Assembly (NCBI RefSeq): GCF_020885515.1
Contig: NZ_AP024987.1
Coordinates: forward strand, 1,459,612-1,491,611
Direction: 5' to 3'
Length of the DNA: 32,000 nucleotides
From: a cyanobacterium endosymbiont of Braarudosphaera bigelowii
GTDB lineage: Bacteria > Cyanobacteriota > Cyanobacteriia > Cyanobacteriales > Microcystaceae
A model generated the notes under the pieces. That model was not told the origin of the DNA. It worked only from the letters and a program-made list of their open reading frames with translations, and made no database searches. Position numbers and translations under genes: made by a program. Numbering within the stretch: the stretch's first letter is position 1; every line of letters begins with the position of its first letter. Of this stretch, positions 20,238-29,720 are shown in pieces.

Positions 20238-20885
20238 TTGGCAAGAATACGTATTCGTCAACACGTCAATCCATTAAGCATAAAATATAAAAAAAATATA
20301 TTTCTACCCAGCTGGGATGAAATATATATTAATACGAATAACCCTCTACATTTGGACATAGGATGTGCAAGAGGTAAGTTTTTATTGAAAATGGCCCTTC
20401 TTTACCCAGATATTAATTTTTTAGGAATAGAAATTCGAGAATCCTTAGTTATAGAAGCTAATGAAAACTGTAATCGTCTTAAACTGTCTAACTTATACTT
20501 TTTGTTTTGTAATATCAATACGCATATTGAGCCGCTATTACAATCTTTTCAGCCAGGAATATTAAATTGTGTTAGTATTCAATTTCCTGATCCTTGGTTT
20601 AAGCGTAGCCATCAAAAAAGACGAGTGGCGCAAGCTGATTTAGTATGTACAGTTAGTAATAACTTAAGTAAAAATGGATATATTTTTCTACAATCAGATA
20701 TTCAATCAATAACTAGGGAAATGGAAGGAGAGTTTATGAAAAATTCAGCTTTGTATGAGCATTACGAAAGAACTGGTTTGACAGCTAATTACTTCACTAT
20801 TTTAACAGAGAGAGAAGCCGCAACACTGAATAAAAGTAAATCAGTTTATAGAACTCTATTACAACCAGCACATAACTATAATTAA
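20238..20885 (+). CDS. trmB: tRNA (guanine-N7)-methyltransferase
   Basis: TTG start. RIRQHVNPL N-terminus, SAM-binding LDIGCARGKF, and QFPDPWFKRSHQKRR. Confidence 0.85.
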   Translation: MARIRIRQHVNPLSIKYKKNIFLPSWDEIYINTNNPLHLDIGCARGKFLLKMALLYPDINFLGIEIRESLVIEANENCNRLKLSNLYFLFCNINTHIEPLLQSFQPGILNCVSIQFPDPWFKRSHQKRRVAQADLVCTVSNNLSKNGYIFLQSDIQSITREMEGEFMKNSALYEHYERTGLTANYFTILTEREAATLNKSKSVYRTLLQPAHNYN

Positions 20886-21059
20886 AAAGGTAAGATACTA
20901 AATATTATTTTTTACACTAATAAAAGTAATATTTATCTATAAGTTAAAGATATAGTAACTCTATCTCTTTATTATTAAGCTGGTTAAAAATAGCGAATCT
21001 AGTTTATAGTATCTAAGGATATTGATATTTAATAATATTTCATCGTAAAGACTAAAATA

Positions 21060-21383
21060 GTGCAAGTGGATAAAGATAAATACATCTCCAAACTTTCAAA
21101 AGCTGAACAACTAGAAATAGAGCAAAAAAAGAATGTTATTCTTCTAGTAGAAAATCTAATGGAACGAGAAGAAATAACAATTAAAATGATAATTGACTGC
21201 CTCTATGATGTTGGCTCTGTAAATTTTGTTGACAAAAAATTTAGATTGCCTTCTGCAAATAAAATACTAAAAGTTATAGCTAGGCTGTCTAAGCCTAGCT
21301 TCAGAACCATAGCTTTTTATTGGGGTAAGAAAATAGCACCTGAATTAATTACTGATTGGTTACTACAAAAAATAAAATTTTAA
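21060..21383 (+). CDS. Hypothetical protein (107 aa, GTG start)
   Basis: An ORF with no competing frame. I recognise no family. The C-terminal part (LSKPSFRTIAFYWGKKIAPELITDWLLQKIKF) looks protein-like. Confidence 0.4.
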   Translation: MQVDKDKYISKLSKAEQLEIEQKKNVILLVENLMEREEITIKMIIDCLYDVGSVNFVDKKFRLPSANKILKVIARLSKPSFRTIAFYWGKKIAPELITDWLLQKIKF

Positions 21384-21661
21384 ATCTTAATTATGAATAT
21401 CTTTTATCCAATTCATAATGATACTAAAAATATTTAAGAATTCTTAGGTTGTAGGGTATGTAATATTTATACATATATAATTATATTAAAAGAATGATTT
21501 TTAAAGAAGATAATATAATGAATAATTAAATTTTATTTTGATAAAGTAAGAGACTTCTAATTTTATTTAATTTTTTGTAAATATCTTATAAGATATATAA
21601 GCTACTCGACATCTCTTAACTAAGATATCTAGTTATAGCACTGTACTAGAACTCTAAAAAA

Positions 21662-22207
21662 ATGAATTCTATTCTTTCTTTGTTTGCACTTACTTTTATA
21701 CTTACTAGCAAAAGTTTAACACTGTTGGGTAAAGATATTAGAATCCAGAAACAGTTTGAAATATTAACTTCTATAACTGAAAATTCAACTAGCGTAATTG
21801 CCTCTAGAAAAGATGAATTTATGGCTAGTCATATTATTCTTAACCTAAAAGAACGTCATATCTATGTTTATCAAAATAGCGAAGTTATAGCAAATTATAA
21901 AGTAGCTATTGGTAAAGAAGGATGGGAAACCCCCAAGGGTAATTTTTCTGTAATGCAAATGGTAGAGAATCCTCAATGGAAAAATCCATGGAATGGAAGG
22001 ATTAGTGCTGCTGGTCCCAATAGTCCTTTAGGAGAACGATGGATAGCTTTTAGTCGACAAGATGGCAAATACGTTGGATTTCATGGAACTTCAGGAGAAC
22101 ATTCTATGGGAAAAGCTGTTTCTCATGGATGTGTAAGAATGAGAAACAAAGATGTTAAAGAATTATATGGACTTGTGGGCCTAGGAGTACCTGTTGTTGT
22201 TCAATAA
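21662..22207 (+). CDS. L,D-transpeptidase (YkuD domain)
   Basis: N-terminal signal-like segment. YkuD catalytic region GFHGTS...AVSHGCVRMRNKDV. Confidence 0.8.
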   Translation: MNSILSLFALTFILTSKSLTLLGKDIRIQKQFEILTSITENSTSVIASRKDEFMASHIILNLKERHIYVYQNSEVIANYKVAIGKEGWETPKGNFSVMQMVENPQWKNPWNGRISAAGPNSPLGERWIAFSRQDGKYVGFHGTSGEHSMGKAVSHGCVRMRNKDVKELYGLVGLGVPVVVQ

Positions 22208-22270
22208 AATTATATTTAGTATCTAGTTATAGACTTAGATGCTAAACAATAACTTTATATTAATATTTTT

Positions 22271-22981
22271 ATGACAAGCTCCGTAAAATCTCCTTATACA
22301 AAAGAACAAATTTCTATCTGGTTAAGAGGTTTATTGACTATTGCTTGGTGTGATGGACGGTATGATCCTCGAGAAAAAAAAATAATTGCAGATTTGACAC
22401 AAAATTTAGCTGTTAATCATCTTGATAAAATATCTTATGGGTCTTTTGATAAATCAGTTACGATACAAGAGTTATCAACATCTTTTGGATATAATTCTAA
22501 TGTTGGAGAAAATTTTTTAAGAACAGCTGTAATTGTTGCTATTGCTGATGGTATTTATTCTAGAATTGAAGCAGATTTATTAAATGAATATAGTAGAGCC
22601 TTAGGTTTAAAAATTGATGCTTTGGAATATTTAAAATATACTTTGTGCGAGTTTAAGATTAGTAATGTAAATTTATTACATACTCAGGATGCAAGTATAA
22701 GTTCTAGGAATAGTGTTTTGAAGCCTAATGTCCTACAACCTGTTAAAAATTGGTTAGATGAGTTTAATTTTAAGGATCCTAGACTAGCACGTTTTATTTG
22801 TAAAATGATACCTTCCCAATGTCCTTTTGAAAAAGATGTTAAGTTATTTAGTCATAAAGTCATATACATTCCTCCTTTGTGTAAGTTAAATCCTTTATAC
22901 GAACAATTAGTAAGACTCAGATTTCGTGCATTGTGTTATTTGGTTAATGAATGTCAAGAAGACGTTTCTAGTTTCACTTAA
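22271..22981 (+). CDS. TerB-like N-terminal domain fused to a Mo-dependent-nitrogenase C-terminal (Mo-nitro_C) domain
   Basis: The N-terminus has two TerB-like A(W/I)(C/A)DG...E repeats. The C-terminus FICKMIPSQCPFEKDVKLF...IPPLCKLNPLYEQLVRLRFRALCYLVNECQEDV matches the cyanobacterial Mo-nitro_C family as I recall it. Confidence 0.6.
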   Translation: MTSSVKSPYTKEQISIWLRGLLTIAWCDGRYDPREKKIIADLTQNLAVNHLDKISYGSFDKSVTIQELSTSFGYNSNVGENFLRTAVIVAIADGIYSRIEADLLNEYSRALGLKIDALEYLKYTLCEFKISNVNLLHTQDASISSRNSVLKPNVLQPVKNWLDEFNFKDPRLARFICKMIPSQCPFEKDVKLFSHKVIYIPPLCKLNPLYEQLVRLRFRALCYLVNECQEDVSSFT

Positions 22982-23011
22982 TCGTTATGTATCTAAGTAG
23001 TTATAAAAAAA

Positions 23012-23047
23012 ATTAGAGAAAGAAAAATATATTTTTCTTTCTCTAAT
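23012..23047. terminator. 36-bp perfect palindrome between convergent genes (bidirectional terminator candidate)
   Basis: attagagaaagaaaaata/tatttttctttctctaat, with zero mismatches and no spacer. An A-run lies on one side. Confidence 0.6.
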
Positions 23048-23072
23048 AAACAAAAACATCTGATTTTAATAT

Positions 23073-24005
23073 TTAAATATTGGAATAAATACTATTGCGT
23101 AAAATCGTATAACCTTTAATTAGCTCCTTGATCCCTTTTCCTAAAGACCAATCAGGACTAAAACCTGTATCTAAAATACGTTTATTAGAAACAATGTAAT
23201 CTCTTTTGTCTGGATCCTCTCCTATTGGAGCTTCTAGATAAGTAAAATTTGGTAAATATTTTTTAATTTCGAAACATAATTCTAATTTTGACAAATTAGC
23301 ATCTTCTAAACCTACATTGTAAGGCTTGCCTTTCATATGTTCAAAATTTTCAATTCCATGAACAAAAACTTTAGCTACATCTCTAATATGGATATAATTA
23401 CGCTTAAAGTGTCCTTCAAAAATTACAACTGCACGATCATAAAAAGCACGATAAACAAAATCGTTTACTAGTAAATCCATACGCATTCTTGGAGACATAC
23501 CAAAAACAGTTGCTAAACGAAATGTAATGCTATTCTCTCTTTCTAAAACTGATCTTTCCGCATCAACCTTAGTAGTACCATAGAGAGATATCGGACGTAA
23601 AGGAGATTCTTCAGTACAAAATTTACCTGCCTCGCCTATACCATAGCCACTATTAGTTACAGGCATTAAAATTCTTTGTTGTTTACTAGCTAAATCACAA
23701 ATTAATTTAACTGCTTCATAGTTAATAGTACGTGTACCAATATTATCTCTATTACAAAGTGGTGCTCCAACTAGGGCAGCTAAAGGAATTATCGCATCAG
23801 AATTTTTAAGTAAATTTTTTATCAAAGATTCATCACGACAATCACCACGTACAACATGAAACTTATCGTATTGACAACAATCGGCTAGGCTATTCTGTCC
23901 AAACATAAAGTTATCCAATACTGTAACTTCATAGCCTTTTGCCAATAATATTGGAGTCAAAACTGAGCCAATATATCCAGCTCCGCCAGTAATTAAAATC
24001 TTCAT
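23073..24005 (-). CDS. NAD-dependent sugar epimerase/dehydratase (extended SDR)
   Basis: MKILITGGAGYIGS Rossmann motif and a YGTTK catalytic YxxxK. It is the last gene of the wzm-wzt cluster. Confidence 0.8.
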   Translation of the reverse strand: MKILITGGAGYIGSVLTPILLAKGYEVTVLDNFMFGQNSLADCCQYDKFHVVRGDCRDESLIKNLLKNSDAIIPLAALVGAPLCNRDNIGTRTINYEAVKLICDLASKQQRILMPVTNSGYGIGEAGKFCTEESPLRPISLYGTTKVDAERSVLERENSITFRLATVFGMSPRMRMDLLVNDFVYRAFYDRAVVIFEGHFKRNYIHIRDVAKVFVHGIENFEHMKGKPYNVGLEDANLSKLELCFEIKKYLPNFTYLEAPIGEDPDKRDYIVSNKRILDTGFSPDWSLGKGIKELIKGYTILRNSIYSNI

Positions 24006-24033
24006 AGATATTCTATAATCCTATATCTTTTAT

Positions 24034-24768
24034 TTAAACAGAAGCTAAATATTGATGAATAGTTTCATCGGTACTTCCTATATATTCAACTTTTCCTCGA
24101 TTGATCCATATAGCTTTATCGCAGGATTGCTGAATAAAGTCTAAGCTATGAGAGACAACTAGAATAGTTGTATGATGTCCCCATAGTTTATCCATTCTTT
24201 CTTTACATTTATGCTTAAAATTTTCATCACCGACAGACAAAACTTCATCTAAAATTAAAATGTCTGGTTCAACATCTGTGGCGATTGCAAAGCCAAGACG
24301 AGCTGTCATTCCGGAGGAAAGAGATTTAACAGGTGCCAATCTATAATCAGTTAAGTCAGCAAAATCTAAAATTGTGTCAACACGATTTTTCATGTCTTGG
24401 CGCGAAAAACCTAGCATCACACCATACAGAACGATGTTATCGGCAACAGAAAGCTCTCCATCGAGCCCTGCTCCTAGTTCAATCAAAGGGGCTATTTTAC
24501 CTTTTACACGAATCTGTCCTGATGTAGGAGCTAAAATACCAGTAATAACTTTAAGTAAAGTAGATTTACCTGAACCATTTGCTCCTATAATACCAATCTT
24601 TTCCCCAACATTAACTGTTAAATTAATATTATCAAGAATTAATTTTCTTGACGGTTGACGATATTTTCCTTCTAAAAATGAGAGAATAGTTCTCTTTAAA
24701 TCATAAGAAAATTCCTCTTGAGTTCTACGCCATAGAGAGACTTGATTGATTCTAATTGCTTCTATCAT
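24034..24768 (-). CDS. Polysaccharide/O-antigen export ABC transporter ATP-binding protein (Wzt/TagH-like, short form)
   Basis: Walker A GANGSGKST, signature LSSGM and Walker B ILILDEVLSVGD. 244 aa, with no C-terminal carbohydrate-binding extension. Confidence 0.8.
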   Translation of the reverse strand: MIEAIRINQVSLWRRTQEEFSYDLKRTILSFLEGKYRQPSRKLILDNINLTVNVGEKIGIIGANGSGKSTLLKVITGILAPTSGQIRVKGKIAPLIELGAGLDGELSVADNIVLYGVMLGFSRQDMKNRVDTILDFADLTDYRLAPVKSLSSGMTARLGFAIATDVEPDILILDEVLSVGDENFKHKCKERMDKLWGHHTTILVVSHSLDFIQQSCDKAIWINRGKVEYIGSTDETIHQYLASV

Positions 24769-24776
24769 TTAATTTT

Positions 24777-25631
24777 CTAAAGCAAATCCATAAAGTTTTT
24801 TTGCCAGGAGCGAAAATAGATCCAACCTAGCACTAATAAAATAATACCGTTCAAAAATGAATGTAAGACCAGCAACATATCAGGCAAAGCTCCTGAAAGT
24901 GATATCTGGCGAATACTTTCAATAATTGGAATTAATGGATTAAAAAATAAAAAAGGTTTTACAGCAGATGGAACAATCTCTGCTGGGTAAAAAACTGGAG
25001 AACTAATCCAAAGTACAAAACAAACCAATTCGTAAAAATAGGGTAAGTCTCGAAAAAATACATATAGTGCACTGACCAGAAATCCTACACCAGTACATAC
25101 TAAACTTAAAGCTATTAGTGGAAACAAAAGAGCTAATACATTTATAGGATTCCTGGACATTATTAAAGTAACAACAGCTAATAATGGTAATGAACCCACG
25201 ATAAATTGAAATATGTTAGCTACAATCATTGCAACTGGAAAAACAGTTACAGGAAGATGAACTTTATTCAAAAGTGCTCCATTGCCCACTACGCTAGACA
25301 ATGCTTGACTCGTAGATGACGAGAAAAAGTTAATAACAATTAAACCTGTGAAAGCGGCCAGAATATATCTAAAGGTAGAATCTTGATAATATTCACCGAA
25401 AGCTGTTCCAAAGATTGCTGCATATAATCCCGTCATAATTAATGGGTTTAATAATGACCAATAAACTCCTAAAAACGAGCCTCGATAGCGTCCCTTTAAA
25501 TTTCGTTCTACCAATATTTGTACTAGCTCTAGGTATCGCCTTGTTGACGATACATCTTTACCAAGCTTATTAATAATCTTACTAGAGATACTATCTCTGA
25601 TATGGAGTAGACTGGCTTTTAGCGATGTCAT
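24777..25631 (-). CDS. ABC-2 type polysaccharide export permease (Wzm-like)
   Basis: 284 aa. N-terminal RYRGSFLGVYWSLLNP motif, 6 TM segments, and an 8-nt gap to the ATPase gene. Confidence 0.8.
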   Translation of the reverse strand: MTSLKASLLHIRDSISSKIINKLGKDVSSTRRYLELVQILVERNLKGRYRGSFLGVYWSLLNPLIMTGLYAAIFGTAFGEYYQDSTFRYILAAFTGLIVINFFSSSTSQALSSVVGNGALLNKVHLPVTVFPVAMIVANIFQFIVGSLPLLAVVTLIMSRNPINVLALLFPLIALSLVCTGVGFLVSALYVFFRDLPYFYELVCFVLWISSPVFYPAEIVPSAVKPFLFFNPLIPIIESIRQISLSGALPDMLLVLHSFLNGIILLVLGWIYFRSWQKNFMDLL

Positions 25632-25799
25632 AATTAGGTATCAGTACCTACAAATCTAGAAATTAATAGCATAATGTACTAAATGTCAGGTACTCTTCTC
25701 AAATTGTTCCCAACTATGCTAACAAAATTTTATCCACGAAGATGGGCCAGATTCAGCTAAACTTATGAGTGATTAACTAATGCAATCAGTATACTTAAT

Positions 25800-25994
25800 A
25801 TGGAAATTGGTCAAAAAGTCAAAGTAATTCATCTTAGAGACCGCGTCTCTGGAGAAATTGTCAACAAACTAGGAAAAGAAGGTGTCATTAAAAACTTCAA
25901 AATGACTGATGGAAGTGGAATTGGTGCAATTGTAGAGTTTGCTGATAAGACCACTACCTGGTTTTTTGGTGAAGAGCTTAAACCTGTTGAATAA
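25800..25994 (+). CDS. petP: PetP-like (DUF2862) small SH3-fold protein, cytochrome b6f-associated
   Basis: 64 aa. The MEIGQKVKV..LRDRVS....KLGKEG.I..FKMTDGSGIGAIVEF.D...WFF.EEL pattern matches my recollection of cyanobacterial PetP. An NdhS-like SH3 protein is the alternative. Confidence 0.5.
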   Translation: MEIGQKVKVIHLRDRVSGEIVNKLGKEGVIKNFKMTDGSGIGAIVEFADKTTTWFFGEELKPVE

Positions 25995-26015
25995 TAACTA
26001 AAATAACTTCTATTT

Positions 26016-27107
26016 ATGGCTTTAATTTTAACCTTTTTAGGGAAAAGTGCTAGCGGTTGTTCCACTGTAGCTATAGCTACAGCAAAAAAACTAGCTGCTT
26101 CTGGATCGCGTGTCTTGTTAGTATCCCAAGATTCAACTCCATCTTTTGATGCTTTATTAAATATGCCTGCACAATCTTTTCCGACAGAAATAGAGCCTAA
26201 TTTTGAATTGGTAAATCTAAAATCAAGTCAACTTTTATCAGAAATCTGGACCGAATTTAAAGATTTAGAGGCTAAATATTTAAAGTTTCCGACTTTTAAG
26301 AGTATCTATGGACAAGAACTGGGAATCCTACCAGGTATGGATGAAGCACTAGCACTTAATGCTCTAAGAAAATATCAAGAAGGGGGTACTTATGACGTTA
26401 TCATCTATGATGGTAATAATACTTTTCATACACTACGAATGTTTGGTATTCCTGGAATCTTAAATTGGTATTTAGAAAGATTTCGTCAAATATTTACTGA
26501 ATCTGATCTAGGAAAAACTTTAGTACCACTTATTCAGCCATTGATTAGTACTATTTTAAATACTTCATGGACTTTAGATGATCTTGATAAAGTTTCTAGC
26601 GACAATATATTACAAGAAGGTAATGTAGCTCTAAAAGATAGCAATCGTGTTGCTGCTTATTTAATAACAACTGAAGATAAAGCAGCAATTGCTACTGCTA
26701 AATATTTTTGGGGTGGAGCATATCAAGTAGGTTTATCTGTTAAAGGTGTAATTATTAATCAAAGTTCAGAATTATCTGTAGGTAAATATTTTGATTTCGG
26801 ACAATTAGAGTCATTTTCTTTGCCTAAGAAAGTTGGAAATAATTGGAAACCTTTGATAGAAGCCTTGCCAGACTTCTTAGATAAATCGAGTACTCCTTTA
26901 TCTATTAATATTGATACTGCTACTAGTCAAATCAAAATATTTTTACCTGGTTTTGAAAAAAAACAAGTAAAATTGACCCAGTCTGTTTCAGAGCTTACTA
27001 TTGAAGCCGGAGATCAAAGACGTAAAATTTATTTACCCAACTCTTTGACAGGTAAAGTAGTAAAATCTGCAAAGTTCCGAAATAATTACCTGGTTGTATC
27101 TTTATGA
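26016..27107 (+). CDS. ArsA/Get3-like ATPase-fold protein with a C-terminal HSP20-like domain and a non-canonical P-loop
   Basis: ILTFLGKSASGCSTVAIATAKKLA...VLLVSQD N-terminus, GILPGMDEALAL switch-like block and YDVIIYD. The C-terminal alpha-crystallin-like segment reads IKIFLPGFEKKQVKLTQSVSELTIEAGDQRRKIYLP. Confidence 0.7.
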   Translation: MALILTFLGKSASGCSTVAIATAKKLAASGSRVLLVSQDSTPSFDALLNMPAQSFPTEIEPNFELVNLKSSQLLSEIWTEFKDLEAKYLKFPTFKSIYGQELGILPGMDEALALNALRKYQEGGTYDVIIYDGNNTFHTLRMFGIPGILNWYLERFRQIFTESDLGKTLVPLIQPLISTILNTSWTLDDLDKVSSDNILQEGNVALKDSNRVAAYLITTEDKAAIATAKYFWGGAYQVGLSVKGVIINQSSELSVGKYFDFGQLESFSLPKKVGNNWKPLIEALPDFLDKSSTPLSINIDTATSQIKIFLPGFEKKQVKLTQSVSELTIEAGDQRRKIYLPNSLTGKVVKSAKFRNNYLVVSL

Positions 27108-27130
27108 TATTGATTTGTTAAAGCCATATT

Positions 27131-27161
27131 TTATAGGGATTAGCTATGCTAGTCCCTATAA
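27131..27161. terminator. Hairpin between convergent genes
   Basis: ttatagggattagc / gctagtccctataa: a 14-bp stem with one non-Watson-Crick (T/G) position and a 3-nt loop. Confidence 0.5.
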
Positions 27162-27192
27162 AGTTTAAATATAAAAAATATTAACTTTTTAG

Positions 27193-27843
27193 TTACTTAT
27201 GTAATGGACAGTTAGAGGTTAACTTATTAAGAAAGGAATCGTTATCAAAGTAATGCTCTACAGAAATAATTTTTAAATCATCCGTAACTTGAGCAACACT
27301 CATACCTATAATTTCGACTGTTTTTCCTGTAGGTTGATAATCTTTATAAGTTCCGTTAAACTCACCCCAATGTCTCCATTTAAAAGCAATGTTCGGAGGA
27401 CCAGACAAAACCTCTGTTACTTCCCAGAGAAATCCATTCTTAAAAGCTTTATGAAATAATTCATTTGATGAATTTAAATTATTAGGGTCATATTTTTGAC
27501 TTTTTTTAATAAAAAGATTGTAAGTTCCCTTCTCTGCAACATCTTTTGCAGTATATATAGGGCCTCCGTTGCTACTCATTTGAAATTTATCGGTAACAAT
27601 TGATAGCCATTGGCGAACATCTTCTTTATGAGAAGCTTCCATTTCAAATGTTCTTACTAAATTTTGTGTAATCTCCTCTAATGATCCTGGAGTATGATTG
27701 TGCTGACTTTGGCTTCTTAGAAACTGATTTGTATAAGAATAATCGGGTTTTTCACCACTTCGCCACTTGACTCCTTCATCATAATCTATAACTGCATTAC
27801 GATCTTGGACCCAAAGGGGTAGCTTAGCTTTATTTTCTTTCAT
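27193..27843 (-). CDS. Homolog of plant 'pathogen-related protein' (barley PRPX family, NTF2/SnoaL-like fold), function unknown
   Basis: Shared blocks, recalled from the barley protein: W(R)xGxxPxY, GSLEE..Q.LV.T.EME..HK, and SGPPxIAFKxRHWG followed by P.G..VE..G. Confidence 0.6.
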   Translation of the reverse strand: MKENKAKLPLWVQDRNAVIDYDEGVKWRSGEKPDYSYTNQFLRSQSQHNHTPGSLEEITQNLVRTFEMEASHKEDVRQWLSIVTDKFQMSSNGGPIYTAKDVAEKGTYNLFIKKSQKYDPNNLNSSNELFHKAFKNGFLWEVTEVLSGPPNIAFKWRHWGEFNGTYKDYQPTGKTVEIIGMSVAQVTDDLKIISVEHYFDNDSFLNKLTSNCPLHK

Positions 27844-27945
27844 GGGAAGACTACCTTATTATTGAGATAATTAGAACCATCTAGCTTTATCATAAACTTA
27901 TCTTTACAAAATTCAAAACATAAAAGTTTTTCCATTTTTTTAAAA

Positions 27946-29568
27946 TTAACTAGGTTGAAAACCTGATCCAACAGGGGCAACAGTGTTTAGGTTTAACTCT
28001 GGATGATCTGTTTTGACTTGCTGTAAAGCCCATTCATTCTTAAACAATAAAACTGGTCTATCCCAACTATCTTTAACTGTAATAGTATTAAAAATTCTAT
28101 CTATCTTTTCTAAAACCTTCCATCCATCTTTAACCCAACGAGCTAAAGTATAAGGCATAGCTTCGATAGTCGTATCTACTCCATACTCACTCAAAATCCT
28201 AAACTGTACTACTTCAAATTGCAATTTTCCTACTGCTGCTAATATAGGATCTCGTTTAAAGCTATCAGTAGAATGCATAATTTGAATTGCTCCTTCCTCT
28301 TTTAATTCATGGATTCCTTTCTGAAATTGCTTAAATTTTGAAGGATTTAGATTTTTTAGATAAGAAAAAAACTCTGGCGAGAAACAAGGAATACCTTCAT
28401 ATTCTAATTTCTGTCCACTATAGATTGTGTCTCCAATTGCAAACATTCCTGGATTATTTAAACCGATAACATCTCCTCCGTAGGCTTCTTCAACAGAAGA
28501 TCTATCTTGAGCAAATAATTTTTGAGGACGAGACAAGCGAATAGTTTTGCCAGTCCTCGCATGATTTACGTTCATATCTTTTTGAAACTTTCCTGTACAA
28601 ACTCTTATAAAAGCTACACGGTCACGATGTTTCGGATCCATATTGGCCTGTAATTTAAAGACAAACCCACTAAACTCTGGATAAGTCGGATCAACTATTC
28701 CAATAGATGAGTTACGTCCGTCAGGTTTTAAGGCGTACTTTAAGAAAGCTTCTAAGAATGGTTGTACTCCAAAGTTGGTCATAGCTGATCCAAAGAAAAC
28801 AGGAGTCATATCTCCTGAATGAATCTTTTCTAAGTCAAAACTATCCCCTAATTCTTCAAGAATTTCTAAGCTTTCTCTAAATTCTGAGTAGATTTCTGGC
28901 TCTAAATAATTTTTAAACTCTTCATCTTCTAGTTTAAGACTTGTCACTTCTGCTTGTTGGCTTCCATGAGCAGAACGTTTAAATAAACTTATTACTTTTT
29001 GAGAGCGATCATAAACTCCTTTAAAACTATCACCAATTCCTATTGGCCAATTTACAGCATATGGTTTTAATCCTAATTCCTTCTCAATTTCATCCAATAA
29101 TTCTAAAGGTTCACGTCCAGGACGATCCATTTTATTTATAAAGGTGAAAATAGGAAGTTTTCTCAAGCGACATACTTCAAAGAGTTTTCTTGTTTGAGTT
29201 TCTAATCCTTTTGCAGCATCGATAAGCATTACAGCATTATCAGCAGCAGCAAGAGTTCTATAGGTATCTTCACTAAAGTCTTGGTGTCCAGGAGTATCTA
29301 GTAAATTAATTTGAAAATTTTGATATTGAAACTGCAAAACGGTAGAGGTAATTGAGATACCACGCTGTTTTTCCATTTCCATCCAATCTGAAGTTACTTT
29401 ACGCTGGTCTCGTCTTGCTTTTACAGCGCCTGCCTGATGTATTGCACCTCCATAAAGTAATAATTTCTCAGTAAGAGTAGTCTTACCTGCATCAGGGTGA
29501 GATATGATAGCAAAATTTCGTCTTACTTGAACAGCTTCTCGAATTTCTCGTTGTTTCTCATTAGTCAT
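27946..29568 (-). CDS. prfC: Peptide chain release factor 3
   Basis: [23 protein letters not shown]1 motif, DTPGHQDF and NKMDR. 540 aa with an RF3-type C-terminal half. Confidence 0.9.
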   Translation of the reverse strand: MTNEKQREIREAVQVRRNFAIISHPDAGKTTLTEKLLLYGGAIHQAGAVKARRDQRKVTSDWMEMEKQRGISITSTVLQFQYQNFQINLLDTPGHQDFSEDTYRTLAAADNAVMLIDAAKGLETQTRKLFEVCRLRKLPIFTFINKMDRPGREPLELLDEIEKELGLKPYAVNWPIGIGDSFKGVYDRSQKVISLFKRSAHGSQQAEVTSLKLEDEEFKNYLEPEIYSEFRESLEILEELGDSFDLEKIHSGDMTPVFFGSAMTNFGVQPFLEAFLKYALKPDGRNSSIGIVDPTYPEFSGFVFKLQANMDPKHRDRVAFIRVCTGKFQKDMNVNHARTGKTIRLSRPQKLFAQDRSSVEEAYGGDVIGLNNPGMFAIGDTIYSGQKLEYEGIPCFSPEFFSYLKNLNPSKFKQFQKGIHELKEEGAIQIMHSTDSFKRDPILAAVGKLQFEVVQFRILSEYGVDTTIEAMPYTLARWVKDGWKVLEKIDRIFNTITVKDSWDRPVLLFKNEWALQQVKTDHPELNLNTVAPVGSGFQPS

Positions 29569-29642
29569 ACAAAGCTTTTTCTATATTAATAATCACTTCT
29601 ATAAGTTATAGCTAATTCTTGATTTATAAAACAGTTTTTACA

Positions 29643-29720
29643 AATATCATAATTTTTTATTCTAATAAGATAAAAGACGCACTTAAAGCAAGAAAATATA
29701 TGTTTTCAGAAAATTTAATA
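29643..29720. repeat. Left arm of a perfect 78-bp inverted repeat
   Basis: The reverse complement of 29643-29720 equals 30416-30493 at 78/78 positions, checked base by base. Identity stops on both sides. Confidence 0.95.

Noticed and set aside
24333-24658. Plus-strand ORFs 24333-24527 and 24374-24658 inside the wzt ATPase gene
   Set aside because: They are antisense to an ABC ATPase with intact Walker A, signature and Walker B motifs.
25829-26065. 78-aa minus-strand ORF overlapping the petP-like gene
   Set aside because: It is antisense to two well-supported plus-strand genes and spans their intergenic gap. No motifs.
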